NCBI GenBank assembly: GCA_030688545.1
Contig: JAUYHT010000006.1
Span: forward strand, 390,001 to 422,000
DNA from: Candidatus Iainarchaeum sp.
GTDB taxonomy: Archaea; Iainarchaeota; Iainarchaeia; Iainarchaeales; VGJJ01
Length of the DNA: 32,000 nt
Direction of reading: 5' to 3'
Shown here: piece by piece, positions 22,910-30,041 of the stretch
Numbering within the stretch: the first letter of the stretch is position 1
Layout of the letters: every line of letters starts with the position of its first letter
The notes under the pieces: model-generated
Seen by the model: the letters and a program-made list of their open reading frames with translations, nothing else
What the model was told of the DNA's origin: nothing
Database searches by the model: none
Made by a program: the position numbers and the translations under genes

Positions 22910-24736
22910 ATGCGAGCATGGGGCATCTTAGGGATTTTGGGCATCCTCGCCCTGGCGGGATGCATTGATCTCATTTACGCCCCCGACCCGGGGAAGACAC
23001 AGAACCCGGTGGCGTGCGATTTGTTCACCGATTTCACCAGCAAGGACGCGTGCTTCCGTGATAAGGCGGTAGCGGAGAAGGATGGGTCCGCGTGTGAACG
23101 GATTGTGACCCCGGAGATTAAGGATGAGTGTTGGGCGCGCCTCTCCCCTATCCTGAAAGATATTTCCCTCTGCCTGCGAGTAACTTCTCCATCCACCCAG
23201 GCGACGTGTTTTGAATCCCAACCCGGTTTACTCGCGGCCGGGAAAATATGCCCATCCTTTACATTGGCATCCGAAAGGGAAACCTGCTACTATCATGCCG
23301 CCCGCGTGACGAATGATTACATTTTGTGCGAGAAGACGGGGGCGCAGAAGGATGCCTGTTTGAATGCGGTAGCCATCCGGTTGGCATCCGCGAGCGTGTG
23401 CTTAGGTATTTTGAACCTGGATTCCAGGGATACGTGCCTCCATGATACGGCCATCGCTTCCAAGGAAGGGGCGGCTTGCGGGCAAATCCAATCCCTTTCC
23501 ATGAGGGATGACTGCTTTTTGAGCGTGGCCGTGGCCCAAGTGAATAGCAAGCTCTGTGCGTCCATTGCGAGTACGCCATTGAAAGCCTCGTGTTTGGTGC
23601 AGGTGAAGAATGCCGCCACCTCCACATTGGAATGCCAAACCCTCTCTGATTTCGCATTGCGGGATGATTGCTTGGTGCAGTTGGCCTCGTCCAATATCCA
23701 AACCGATATCTGCGGTCTCGTCCTCAACGATGCCAAACGGGTTACTTGTTATGCACAAGTGGCCTTGCGCGTGGGGGATGTGGGAATCTGCGACTACATC
23801 ATCCAAGCGGTTGAAAAGCAGGCGTGCATCCAACGCATCGCGTCCAATAAAGGAACATTAGAGGCCTGCGATTTCTTGAGTGGGGTGCCCCGGGACGAAT
23901 GCATCATCCAGATTGCCGTGAAAGAAGGGAGCATGCAGTATTGCCTCTTCACCCGCACCATAACTTCGAGCGTGGATTACACTGATTTATGTTATGCCAC
24001 CGTAGCTAAACAGACCAACCAGCCCCAACCCTGCTTGCGTATCCAGGAGGCGGGAGAAAAGGATTCGTGCCTGCACGATGTGGGCATCGCCACCCAAAAT
24101 GTCTCGACGTGCGGTTTCATTACTTCAAAATCCATCCTAAGCGCGTGCCTCGCGGCCGTTGGCGCCAGTCAAGGGGATGCCTCGGCCTGCGCCTCCATTC
24201 CAGTGAAAGAAAGCAAGGATGCGTGTTACAAAGATCTGGCTATCCAACAGGATAATGCCGGGTTGTGCGGGAACATATTGAATAATTTCACCCGGGATGC
24301 GTGTTATTCTCGAGTAGGGCGAGACACCTCCGATGTGGGGGTTTGCCTGCTCATCATTTCATCCACGCTGGAGGATGCCTGCGTGAGCGAGGTGGCCATT
24401 GCGCTATCCGATGCCACGTATTGCCAACACATAGGGACGAGTAACATCATCCTGCAGGACGATTGCCTGGAGAAGGTGGCCCTGGCCCGCGCGGAATATT
24501 CCATCTGTGCCGGGCTTTCTAATGATACCAAGCGGGGGGTCTGCACGGGGAAGGTGGCCGTGCTGACGGGGAATGCCAACGCCTGCGGAGCGCTTCCTCT
24601 GGCGCCGGTGAAGGACAAAATTTTCCAATACAAAGCGCGGGACGCCTGCTGGAATCAAGTGGCGACCCAGGGAAAAGTCCCCGAGCTCTGCGCCAACATA
24701 TATGATGATACCCTCCGGAGTGCGTGTGAACCATGA
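22910..24736 (+). CDS. Cysteine-rich tandem-repeat lipoprotein (22 x 26-aa two-Cys repeats)
   Basis: 608 aa. Signal peptide plus lipobox MRAWGILGILGILALAGC. After that, 44 further Cys occur in a nearly invariant alternating C-x11-C-x13 spacing. Consensus: C-x-x-[IL]-x5-[RK]-D-x-C-[YLF]-x-x-[VI]-A-x4-[DN]-x3. Confidence 0.8.
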   Translation: MRAWGILGILGILALAGCIDLIYAPDPGKTQNPVACDLFTDFTSKDACFRDKAVAEKDGSACERIVTPEIKDECWARLSPILKDISLCLRVTSPSTQATCFESQPGLLAAGKICPSFTLASERETCYYHAARVTNDYILCEKTGAQKDACLNAVAIRLASASVCLGILNLDSRDTCLHDTAIASKEGAACGQIQSLSMRDDCFLSVAVAQVNSKLCASIASTPLKASCLVQVKNAATSTLECQTLSDFALRDDCLVQLASSNIQTDICGLVLNDAKRVTCYAQVALRVGDVGICDYIIQAVEKQACIQRIASNKGTLEACDFLSGVPRDECIIQIAVKEGSMQYCLFTRTITSSVDYTDLCYATVAKQTNQPQPCLRIQEAGEKDSCLHDVGIATQNVSTCGFITSKSILSACLAAVGASQGDASACASIPVKESKDACYKDLAIQQDNAGLCGNILNNFTRDACYSRVGRDTSDVGVCLLIISSTLEDACVSEVAIALSDATYCQHIGTSNIILQDDCLEKVALARAEYSICAGLSNDTKRGVCTGKVAVLTGNANACGALPLAPVKDKIFQYKARDACWNQVATQGKVPELCANIYDDTLRSACEP

Positions 24737-25041
24737 GACGAAAAAAGTTGGGAACCAGAAGGACGTGGGGCAATACTTCCATCGCCGAGGTATTAGGATA
24801 TCATGTCAACCGTGTCCGGGGCGATCATCGCATCCTCTTTCTATGGGTGGTTGAAATATTGTTGGCCGTTGGATTGGCCGCGAGCATGGCCATCTACTTG
24901 GACCCGGATATCAATGTGGTCCCTTTTCCATGGAATATTATCGCCTTCCTGATTATGTTGAGTATTGGGATTTGGCTCCACACCTATACGCGGCCCTACC
25001 GGATGGCCCGGCGAGTAATGTATAAGCGTTCCCGCAGCTAA
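24733..25041 (+). CDS. Small 2-TM membrane protein, hypothetical
   Basis: 102 aa. ATGA overlap with the stop of the Cys-repeat gene. Two hydrophobic helices (ILFLWVVEILLAVGLAASMAIY, IIAFLIMLSIGIWL) with basic termini. Confidence 0.6.
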   Translation: MRRKKLGTRRTWGNTSIAEVLGYHVNRVRGDHRILFLWVVEILLAVGLAASMAIYLDPDINVVPFPWNIIAFLIMLSIGIWLHTYTRPYRMARRVMYKRSRS

Positions 25042-25100
25042 ACCATTCCTATCCTCTGATTGAAAAAAAAGAAATTTTGCATCCGTTCTAAAATCACCTA

Positions 25101-25267
25101 TTTAGATCAACCCGAATCCAAAAATAGATACTTTTTTTGATCAAAATTTTTTTCTAGAAAAGAGCACGTTTTTTGATCAAACTTTTTCCTAAAAAAAGTC
25201 CGTTTTTTGATCAAACTTTTTTCTAAAAAAAGTCGTTTTTTGATCAACCTTTTTCCTAAAAAGTTTG
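25101..25267. repeat. Four to five tandem copies of the ~33-bp AT-rich repeat family (locus C)
   Basis: GATC cores at 25105 (degenerate copy), 25139, 25175, 25209 and 25242 (spacings 34, 36, 34, 33). Units 25168-25201 and 25202-25234 are nearly identical (GTTTTTTGATCAAACTTTTT(T/C)CTAAAAAAAGTC). Confidence 0.9.
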
Positions 25268-25280
25268 AAAAAAAGGAAAA

Positions 25281-25296
25281 GGCCGGGTAGCCGGCC
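25281..25296 (-). terminator. Hairpin terminator of the Arg-rich protein gene
   Basis: GGCCGG gtag CCGGCC is a perfect 6-bp GC stem 9 nt past the TAA stop. On the minus strand it is followed by TTTTCCTTTTTTTC. Confidence 0.6.
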
Positions 25297-25305
25297 GTAT
25301 TCCAT

Positions 25306-25491
25306 TTATGCTCGGCGCGCGCGGCGTCGCGCGGGGCGTCGGGCCGCGGGCTTTCGGGCCGTCGTACGGCGTCGCGTAGTGCGGCGTCGGGCGGTGGTCG
25401 TTGTGGCCTTGCGGCGCACTCGGCGTCTTTTTGCCGGTCGGGCGGCGGATGCAGCAGCGCTGCGGCTTCTTGCTCTTCGTCTTACAGCCAT
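25306..25491 (-). CDS. Small extremely basic Arg-rich protein (protamine-like), function unknown
   Basis: 61 aa with 25 Arg, 3 Lys and no Asp/Glu. AGGAGG (complement of 25501-25506) lies 9 nt upstream of the ATG. Hairpin plus T-tract downstream. Confidence 0.65.
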   Translation of the reverse strand: MAVRRRARSRSAAASAARPAKRRRVRRKATTTTARRRTTRRRTTARKPAARRPARRRARRA

Positions 25492-25500
25492 TTGGGTTTA

Positions 25501-25506
25501 CCTCCT
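25501..25506 (-). promoter_or_regulatory. Shine-Dalgarno sequence AGGAGG for the Arg-rich protein gene
   Basis: The minus strand reads TAAGGAGGTAAACCCAAATG. Confidence 0.6.
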
Positions 25507-25546
25507 TATAGGCAACAGTTAATTATGTGCAAGCAACCAATCGCGG

Positions 25547-25554
25547 TATATAAA
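25547..25554. promoter_or_regulatory. TATA box TATATAAA, probably shared by ribL (plus, leaderless) and the Arg-rich gene (minus, ~30-nt leader)
   Basis: 23 nt upstream of the ribL ATG 25577. On the minus strand TTTATATA lies 56 nt upstream of ATG 25491, consistent with a leader carrying the SD. Confidence 0.45.
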
Positions 25555-25576
25555 TGTTTGCCAATTTGTCATCGTA

Positions 25577-26062
25577 ATGCATACAAATACGCGTTTTACA
25601 TCATCAAATGATCGTGCACCGCGCCAATGGGTGCGCGTCGTGGCCGCGGGAACATTTGATTGGGTGCACCCGGGACATGTGCATTTTCTTTCGGCGGCCA
25701 AGGCGCTGGGGGATCATCTCACCGTGATTGTAGCCCGGGATGCCACGGTGCGCCGCATCAAAGGGACTTTCCCTATTACCCCCGAGGAGGGCCGAAAAGC
25801 CGTCATTTCGGCCGTGAGGGGGGTGGATGCAGCCGTTTTAGGGAACGAGGGGGATATTTTCCAAAAAATAGTTGAATTGAACCCGGATATCCTGGCGATG
25901 GGGTATGATCAACAGCCGGAGGATGAGGCATTACGGAAGGCTTTGGCGGAGCGGGGGCTTTCGTGCCAAGTCGTGCGCATCTCCTCCTGGCATCCGGAAT
26001 CCAATAAAACATCGGTGCTCAAAAGGCGGTTGGGTATAGAAACAAATCGCCTCACCACGTGA
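25577..26062 (+). CDS. ribL: FAD synthase RibL (archaeal FMN adenylyltransferase, cytidylyltransferase fold)
   Basis: 161 aa. AAGTFDWVHPGH (nucleotidyltransferase HxGH), LGDHLTVIVARDATV..IKG and VDAAVLG blocks are colinear with Methanocaldococcus RibL. Confidence 0.8.
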   Translation: MHTNTRFTSSNDRAPRQWVRVVAAGTFDWVHPGHVHFLSAAKALGDHLTVIVARDATVRRIKGTFPITPEEGRKAVISAVRGVDAAVLGNEGDIFQKIVELNPDILAMGYDQQPEDEALRKALAERGLSCQVVRISSWHPESNKTSVLKRRLGIETNRLTT

Positions 26063-27029
26063 TGGCCACCTGGTCGGTGCGGTAGCGCTGGTTGACGGTC
26101 GTTTCGTTGATGATTTGTTTCCGTCCAGAGGCGTGTTCGATCCACGCTTGCCAGGCAATCATGGCCCCATTGTCCATCGCATAGGGAGTGGGGACTATGT
26201 GAAGGGCGGCTCCGCGTTCTGCGCAGAGGGTGCGGAGCATATTTCCTAAGGCGCGGGAGGCGGCTACTCCTCCAGTGACGAGCACTTCTTTCTTTTCAGT
26301 ATGCGCGAGCGCCCGTTCGGTGACTTCACTAATCATGGCGAAGGCGGTGTGCATGAATGAATAGCACAAATCATTTTCGTCGGTTTTTCCTATTTTTTTT
26401 TGAGCCTCCGTGAGCAGCCCAGCGAACACCAGATCCATCCCTTTCACCGAATAAGGGAGAGGAATCAGGTTTTTTCCTTTGGTATAGTTTTGGTCAATCA
26501 CCGGCCCCCCCGGGAAACCATATCCCATTTTCCTCCCAAATTGGTCGAGGGCGTTCCCCACCCCCATATCTAATGTTTCCCCCAGGATGCGGTAGCGTCC
26601 ATTTTCTTCCGCGATAATCTGGGTGTTGGCCCCCGAAGCATACACCACTACCGGGTCCCCCGCCCCTGTCTTTTTTTTCCCTATTTCGATGTGGGCGACG
26701 CAGTGGTTAACCCCCAAGAGGGGGATGGCATATTTTTGGGAGAGGAATCGGGAGGCGATAGCCCCCGTGCGGAGGCAGGGACCTAACCCTGGTCCTTGGG
26801 CAAAGCCGAGGAGTGATATATCCTTCATTCCCAATCCGGCGTGTGTAAGTGCGTCCCGGATGATGCGCGGACCGTTTGCGAGATGGTGTTCGGCCGCGAG
26901 GCGGGGATGAATGCCCGCGTCGGAATGGGTGTAGGATGATTTGGTATTGGCGAGCACATCCCCTTTCTCATCCACGATTCCCGCGCCGAAGGTGTGGGCG
27001 GTGCTCTCGAGGCCGAGGGTGTAGGGCAT
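26052..27029 (-). CDS. kae1: tRNA N6-adenosine threonylcarbamoyltransferase Kae1
   Basis: 325 aa. GLESTAHTFG, metal-binding VNHCVAHIE, ASGANTQ and GGVAAS blocks of Kae1/TsaD. Not fused to Bud32. Confidence 0.93.
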   Translation of the reverse strand: MPYTLGLESTAHTFGAGIVDEKGDVLANTKSSYTHSDAGIHPRLAAEHHLANGPRIIRDALTHAGLGMKDISLLGFAQGPGLGPCLRTGAIASRFLSQKYAIPLLGVNHCVAHIEIGKKKTGAGDPVVVYASGANTQIIAEENGRYRILGETLDMGVGNALDQFGRKMGYGFPGGPVIDQNYTKGKNLIPLPYSVKGMDLVFAGLLTEAQKKIGKTDENDLCYSFMHTAFAMISEVTERALAHTEKKEVLVTGGVAASRALGNMLRTLCAERGAALHIVPTPYAMDNGAMIAWQAWIEHASGRKQIINETTVNQRYRTDQVAITW

Positions 27030-27035
27030 AGGGAG

Positions 27036-27566
27036 TTACACCCAAATGAAAATTATAAAGAGATTGAAGGCCACGTGAGCAATGAAACCAGGGAGGATGG
27101 ATTGCCCTTCCTTCCTTGAATAGTTGAGGATGAGGGCGGCGAGGAATGTTCCCAAAACCTCGAGAATTGACCCATACCCCAGATGAAAGGCGGCAAAGAA
27201 GAGGGCGGAGGGAATGTTTCCAAATACGGTGTAGGCGAATCCCCTGAAAAACATCTCTTCGGCGAGCGCGACGAATATCACATAGAGCAGAGTAATGAGG
27301 GGAACCACCGCCAATGTTTGAGCGTAGGCCACCACGCCTTGGGTATCATCCACTCCCCCCAAAGATCCGAGGAGGTGAATCCCCAAGTTGAGGAAAACCA
27401 GGGCGAGAATGGTGATGAGAATAAGGGGAAGGTGTTTGGTGTTTAGTTTTTTCCCGAAGAAATCATACCGCGCGAACAAGGGAATTTTGGATAGGAGGAG
27501 GGAGGCGAGGAAGAAGAAGAGGGGGAGGGCTAGCGGATAAGTTTGGATCAGATGGTCGATTTCCAT
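27036..27566 (-). CDS. CPBP family intramembrane glutamic endopeptidase (CAAX protease/Abi family)
   Basis: 176 aa. The three family motifs are present: EEMFFRG, FFAAFH and HVAFN. Confidence 0.8.
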   Translation of the reverse strand: MEIDHLIQTYPLALPLFFFLASLLLSKIPLFARYDFFGKKLNTKHLPLILITILALVFLNLGIHLLGSLGGVDDTQGVVAYAQTLAVVPLITLLYVIFVALAEEMFFRGFAYTVFGNIPSALFFAAFHLGYGSILEVLGTFLAALILNYSRKEGQSILPGFIAHVAFNLFIIFIWV

Positions 27567-27742
27567 TCGCTATACCCACAGTTCCCGCATGATTCACGAT
27601 TGGTATGCATCGCCAGAAATACTCCAGGCCCGCATTTGGGGCAGAATTTCCCTTTTCGCGCGATGGCATCCGTTTTAGTTTCATACCGCGTGGATTTGCT
27701 CGTCTTTTTGGTTTTGGGGGCGGGTTTTCCTTTGTCGGCCAT
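27548..27742 (-). CDS. rps27ae: 30S ribosomal protein S27ae (eS31)
   Basis: 64 aa. Zinc ribbon CPKCGPGVFLAMHTNRESCGNCGY. Confidence 0.9.
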   Translation of the reverse strand: MADKGKPAPKTKKTSKSTRYETKTDAIARKGKFCPKCGPGVFLAMHTNRESCGNCGYSEWKSTI

Positions 27743-27759
27743 AGGGCTTATTCACCTCG

Positions 27760-28143
27760 TCACTCGGTCTCCGGTTTGGTTTCGGATTTGGTTTCAGCGG
27801 GCGGGGAATCTTTTGTTTCAGTCCCCCCACTGGGTGTATCCTTTGGGGACGTTTCTTTTTCCCCGGTGCTAATTCCATGGCGCTTGCGCGCGTATTCGGG
27901 TTCAATTCTAAGCAGGTCTTCCATCGAATCGTATTTTTTGGCAAACCCCACTACGCGGGAGGTGCCGAAAGTGTGGTCGATGTTCTCGATAATAACTAAC
28001 TGTTCATCCACCCCCAATTGGGCCGCCAGGCGGGTGCGCAATGTTTTCCGGTCGGGAATGGTTTTCACATCCAATAGCTCGAAATTGAGTTCTTCCCGGT
28101 GCAAGAGGGGGTTCTTGTGGCGTCCTTCGATCTCTATTTCCAT
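27760..28143 (-). CDS. rps24e: 30S ribosomal protein S24e, with a Thr/Pro/Glu-rich C-terminal tail
   Basis: 127 aa. NPLLHREELNFEL..KTIPDRKTLRTRLAAQLG and GFAKKYDS are typical of S24e. The last ~35 aa are low complexity. Confidence 0.88.
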   Translation of the reverse strand: MEIEIEGRHKNPLLHREELNFELLDVKTIPDRKTLRTRLAAQLGVDEQLVIIENIDHTFGTSRVVGFAKKYDSMEDLLRIEPEYARKRHGISTGEKETSPKDTPSGGTETKDSPPAETKSETKPETE

Positions 28144-28153
28144 GTTTTCACCC

Positions 28154-28345
28154 TCATCGGCTCAGGCGCAGGGCATATTTGCCCTGGCCCTTGATTCCCA
28201 TCTTCTGGGCGACTTCGCTTTTTTCAGGATTCACGAAATACACGAGGCCCGACCAGAAGGTCGTGGATTCGGTGCTGTGGCAGACCGGGCACTCCTTCTC
28301 ATCCTCGTACAGTTTATTGCAGGAGCGGCACGCCTTCTCTTTCAT
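28154..28345 (-). CDS. spt4: Transcription elongation factor Spt4 (RpoE'')
   Basis: 63 aa. Zinc ribbon CRSC...CPVC followed by W.G (FWSGLVYF). ATGA overlap with the rpoE' stop. Confidence 0.88.
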   Translation of the reverse strand: MKEKACRSCNKLYEDEKECPVCHSTESTTFWSGLVYFVNPEKSEVAQKMGIKGQGKYALRLSR

Positions 28346-28935
28346 GCGACATCCCCTCCCTTGGGGGGCGCTTTGCCCTTGGGTTTAGCGACGCGGGCGG
28401 GTTTGATCTTGGCCCATTCCTTCTTCCCCAACCCGGGTTGGCGCATGGTCAACCCTATTTTTGAATCGGGCACTGAATTCTTCATGCTCACGCTCACGAT
28501 GCGGGCGATGACATTATCCCCCACCTTCAAGGTGCGCTTGCTATCCCGTCCAATGAATCCAGGGAGTTTAGCGTCGAAGCTCACGAAGTCATCGGCAATT
28601 TGGGACACATGAATCAACCCCTCAATGGGGCCGGTGCGGAGGAACGCCCCGAACTCCGTGGCCTCGGAGATGTTTCCTTCCACGACTTCATTCACTTGGG
28701 GTTTGTATGAAATGAATGTGATCTGGGAATCGAAATAGGCCGCGGGGTCTCCGGGAACAATTTTCCCTTCCCCTAACCGTTTGGCGTCCACGATGGCCAC
28801 CACCACCCCCGTATCGGGATCCACGAGCCCCTCCACGTCCTCGCGCACGATTTCTAAAACCGCATGGTCCAGATGGCCCGAGAATTTGGTGGGGGGCACC
28901 CGGATGGTATCACGAATGGTAATGAGCGCGTACAT
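28342..28935 (-). CDS. rpoE: DNA-directed RNA polymerase subunit E' (Rpo7)
   Basis: 197 aa. N-terminal Rpb7 fold (MYALITIRDTIRVPP), then an S1 domain (VVEGNISEATEFGAFLRTGPIEGLIHVSQI). Confidence 0.9.
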   Translation of the reverse strand: MYALITIRDTIRVPPTKFSGHLDHAVLEIVREDVEGLVDPDTGVVVAIVDAKRLGEGKIVPGDPAAYFDSQITFISYKPQVNEVVEGNISEATEFGAFLRTGPIEGLIHVSQIADDFVSFDAKLPGFIGRDSKRTLKVGDNVIARIVSVSMKNSVPDSKIGLTMRQPGLGKKEWAKIKPARVAKPKGKAPPKGGDVA

Positions 28936-28944
28936 GGAAAAACC

Positions 28945-29388
28945 CTATTGCCAATCCAGGTATTTGGACTGGCGCACGACTATAGCCCGCTGGGGAGCGT
29001 TTTTAAGGCTTTGTCTCAGGGCCTTGTCGTTGGTGGCCACGATCATTCCTTTGGTGGCCAATTGGCGTAAGGCGTCATCTCCATTGGCGGCCGTGACCGA
29101 AATGATTTCCACTCCAAAACGGGGAAGCGCATCCAGCGCCACGCGAGCCGCTGTCCCTGTTTTCCCGCGTTCAATGGAGAGGGATTGAAGCTCCTGCTTC
29201 ACCTGGATGGGAATGACAAGCGCACAAGGGCCCACCAAATCCTTAATCTGCGTGAAGATGTCGATCTTCAACCGGGTCATGTCGAGGAGGAGATTAGTAT
29301 CCAGGGCCACGTGCGGGAGGGAAATAGCATCACCTGATACGGGAATAGCGGGGGATGGTTTATATAGAGCGGCCTCCGATTCTGACAT
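28945..29388 (-). CDS. PIN-domain protein of the conserved aIF2gamma-PIN-Rpo7 cluster (Fcf1/Utp24-like)
   Basis: 147 aa. First acidic motif VALDTNLL and a late ATND motif. Position directly upstream of rpoE' as in many archaea. The start is uncertain because the predicted TATA 29359-29366 lies inside the ORF. Confidence 0.75.
   Translation of the reverse strand: MSESEAALYKPSPAIPVSGDAISLPHVALDTNLLLDMTRLKIDIFTQIKDLVGPCALVIPIQVKQELQSLSIERGKTGTAARVALDALPRFGVEIISVTAANGDDALRQLATKGMIVATNDKALRQSLKNAPQRAIVVRQSKYLDWQ
29359..29366. promoter_or_regulatory. TATA box TTTATATA inside the PIN ORF 5' end, likely driving the divergent Yip1-like gene
   Basis: 43 nt upstream of ATG 29409, with AGGAGG at 29394-29399 (9 nt before the ATG) in the implied short leader. 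Confidence 0.4.
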
Positions 29389-29408
29389 AGGATAGGAGGG
29401 GTTAGCTG

Positions 29409-30041
29409 ATGGATATTGTTGGATTTTTTGATGTAATCACTAAGCCGGAGGCAACCCTGACACGTCTACGGAAGAATGCGAATACTGGGGAAGCGGTTAA
29501 ATTGTATGCCATTGCCGGAGGGATTTTTGGTCTGTTGCTCGCACTCATGGTGGTGACAGTGAGCGGTATCATTGGTCTAACGGCACTCACTGGAAACCAG
29601 ACTGGCATGATGGGAATGTTAGGTGGTTTAGGGTTATTGTCGCTCATCGTACTCCCTATTCTGGGAGCACTTTTTTTCATCCTCATTTTTGGTTTCCAAA
29701 GCGGATTGTATTTCCTAGTGGCGTCATTACTTGGGGGAAAAGGGACTTTTGCTCATAACATTTTCCTAAATTCACGATTTTTTTGGCCGGTGTTTGTGGT
29801 GAACATCATCACGGCGGTATTGAGTGTTATTCCCATCCTAGGACTGCTTATCCAGTTGGGTTGGTGGATTTATGCGATTTACTTGACGGTCATTTGGATA
29901 TCCATAGCAAATGGAATCAGCAAGCTGAGAGCGTTCGTCGTATGGTTAATCCCATCCATCGTCATTCTGGGAATCCTGTTCCTTATCTTCGGGGCCGTTC
30001 TACTGGCAACCATCGGGGCGGCGGGGGCAAATCTCGGTTGA
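29409..30041 (+). CDS. Yip1-domain (DUF1282-like) polytopic membrane protein
   Basis: 210 aa. N-terminus FFDVITKPEATLTRL followed by about five hydrophobic helices, as in the Yip1 family. Somewhat lower GC than its neighbours. Confidence 0.6.
   Translation: MDIVGFFDVITKPEATLTRLRKNANTGEAVKLYAIAGGIFGLLLALMVVTVSGIIGLTALTGNQTGMMGMLGGLGLLSLIVLPILGALFFILIFGFQSGLYFLVASLLGGKGTFAHNIFLNSRFFWPVFVVNIITAVLSVIPILGLLIQLGWWIYAIYLTVIWISIANGISKLRAFVVWLIPSIVILGILFLIFGAVLLATIGAAGANLG

Noticed and set aside
25265-25522. 85-aa plus-strand ORF overlapping the Arg-rich gene
   Set aside because: It starts at a TTG inside the repeat array and A-rich tract and has no RBS. It runs antisense through a hairpin terminator. 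The minus-strand frame has AGGAGG at ideal spacing plus a terminator. The Arg richness of both frames is a by-product of CGN/GCN repeats.
27605-28612. 335-aa plus-strand ORF
   Set aside because: It runs antisense across four well-recognised conserved genes (rps27ae, rps24e, spt4, rpoE'). Its composition is low-complexity Ser/Phe/Arg-rich, typical of a shadow ORF.
28945-29388. The PIN-domain gene as a toxin of a toxin-antitoxin or defence module
   Set aside because: No adjacent antitoxin-sized gene is present. Its position directly upstream of rpoE'-spt4-rps24e-rps27ae matches the conserved housekeeping Fcf1/Utp24-like PIN protein of archaea.
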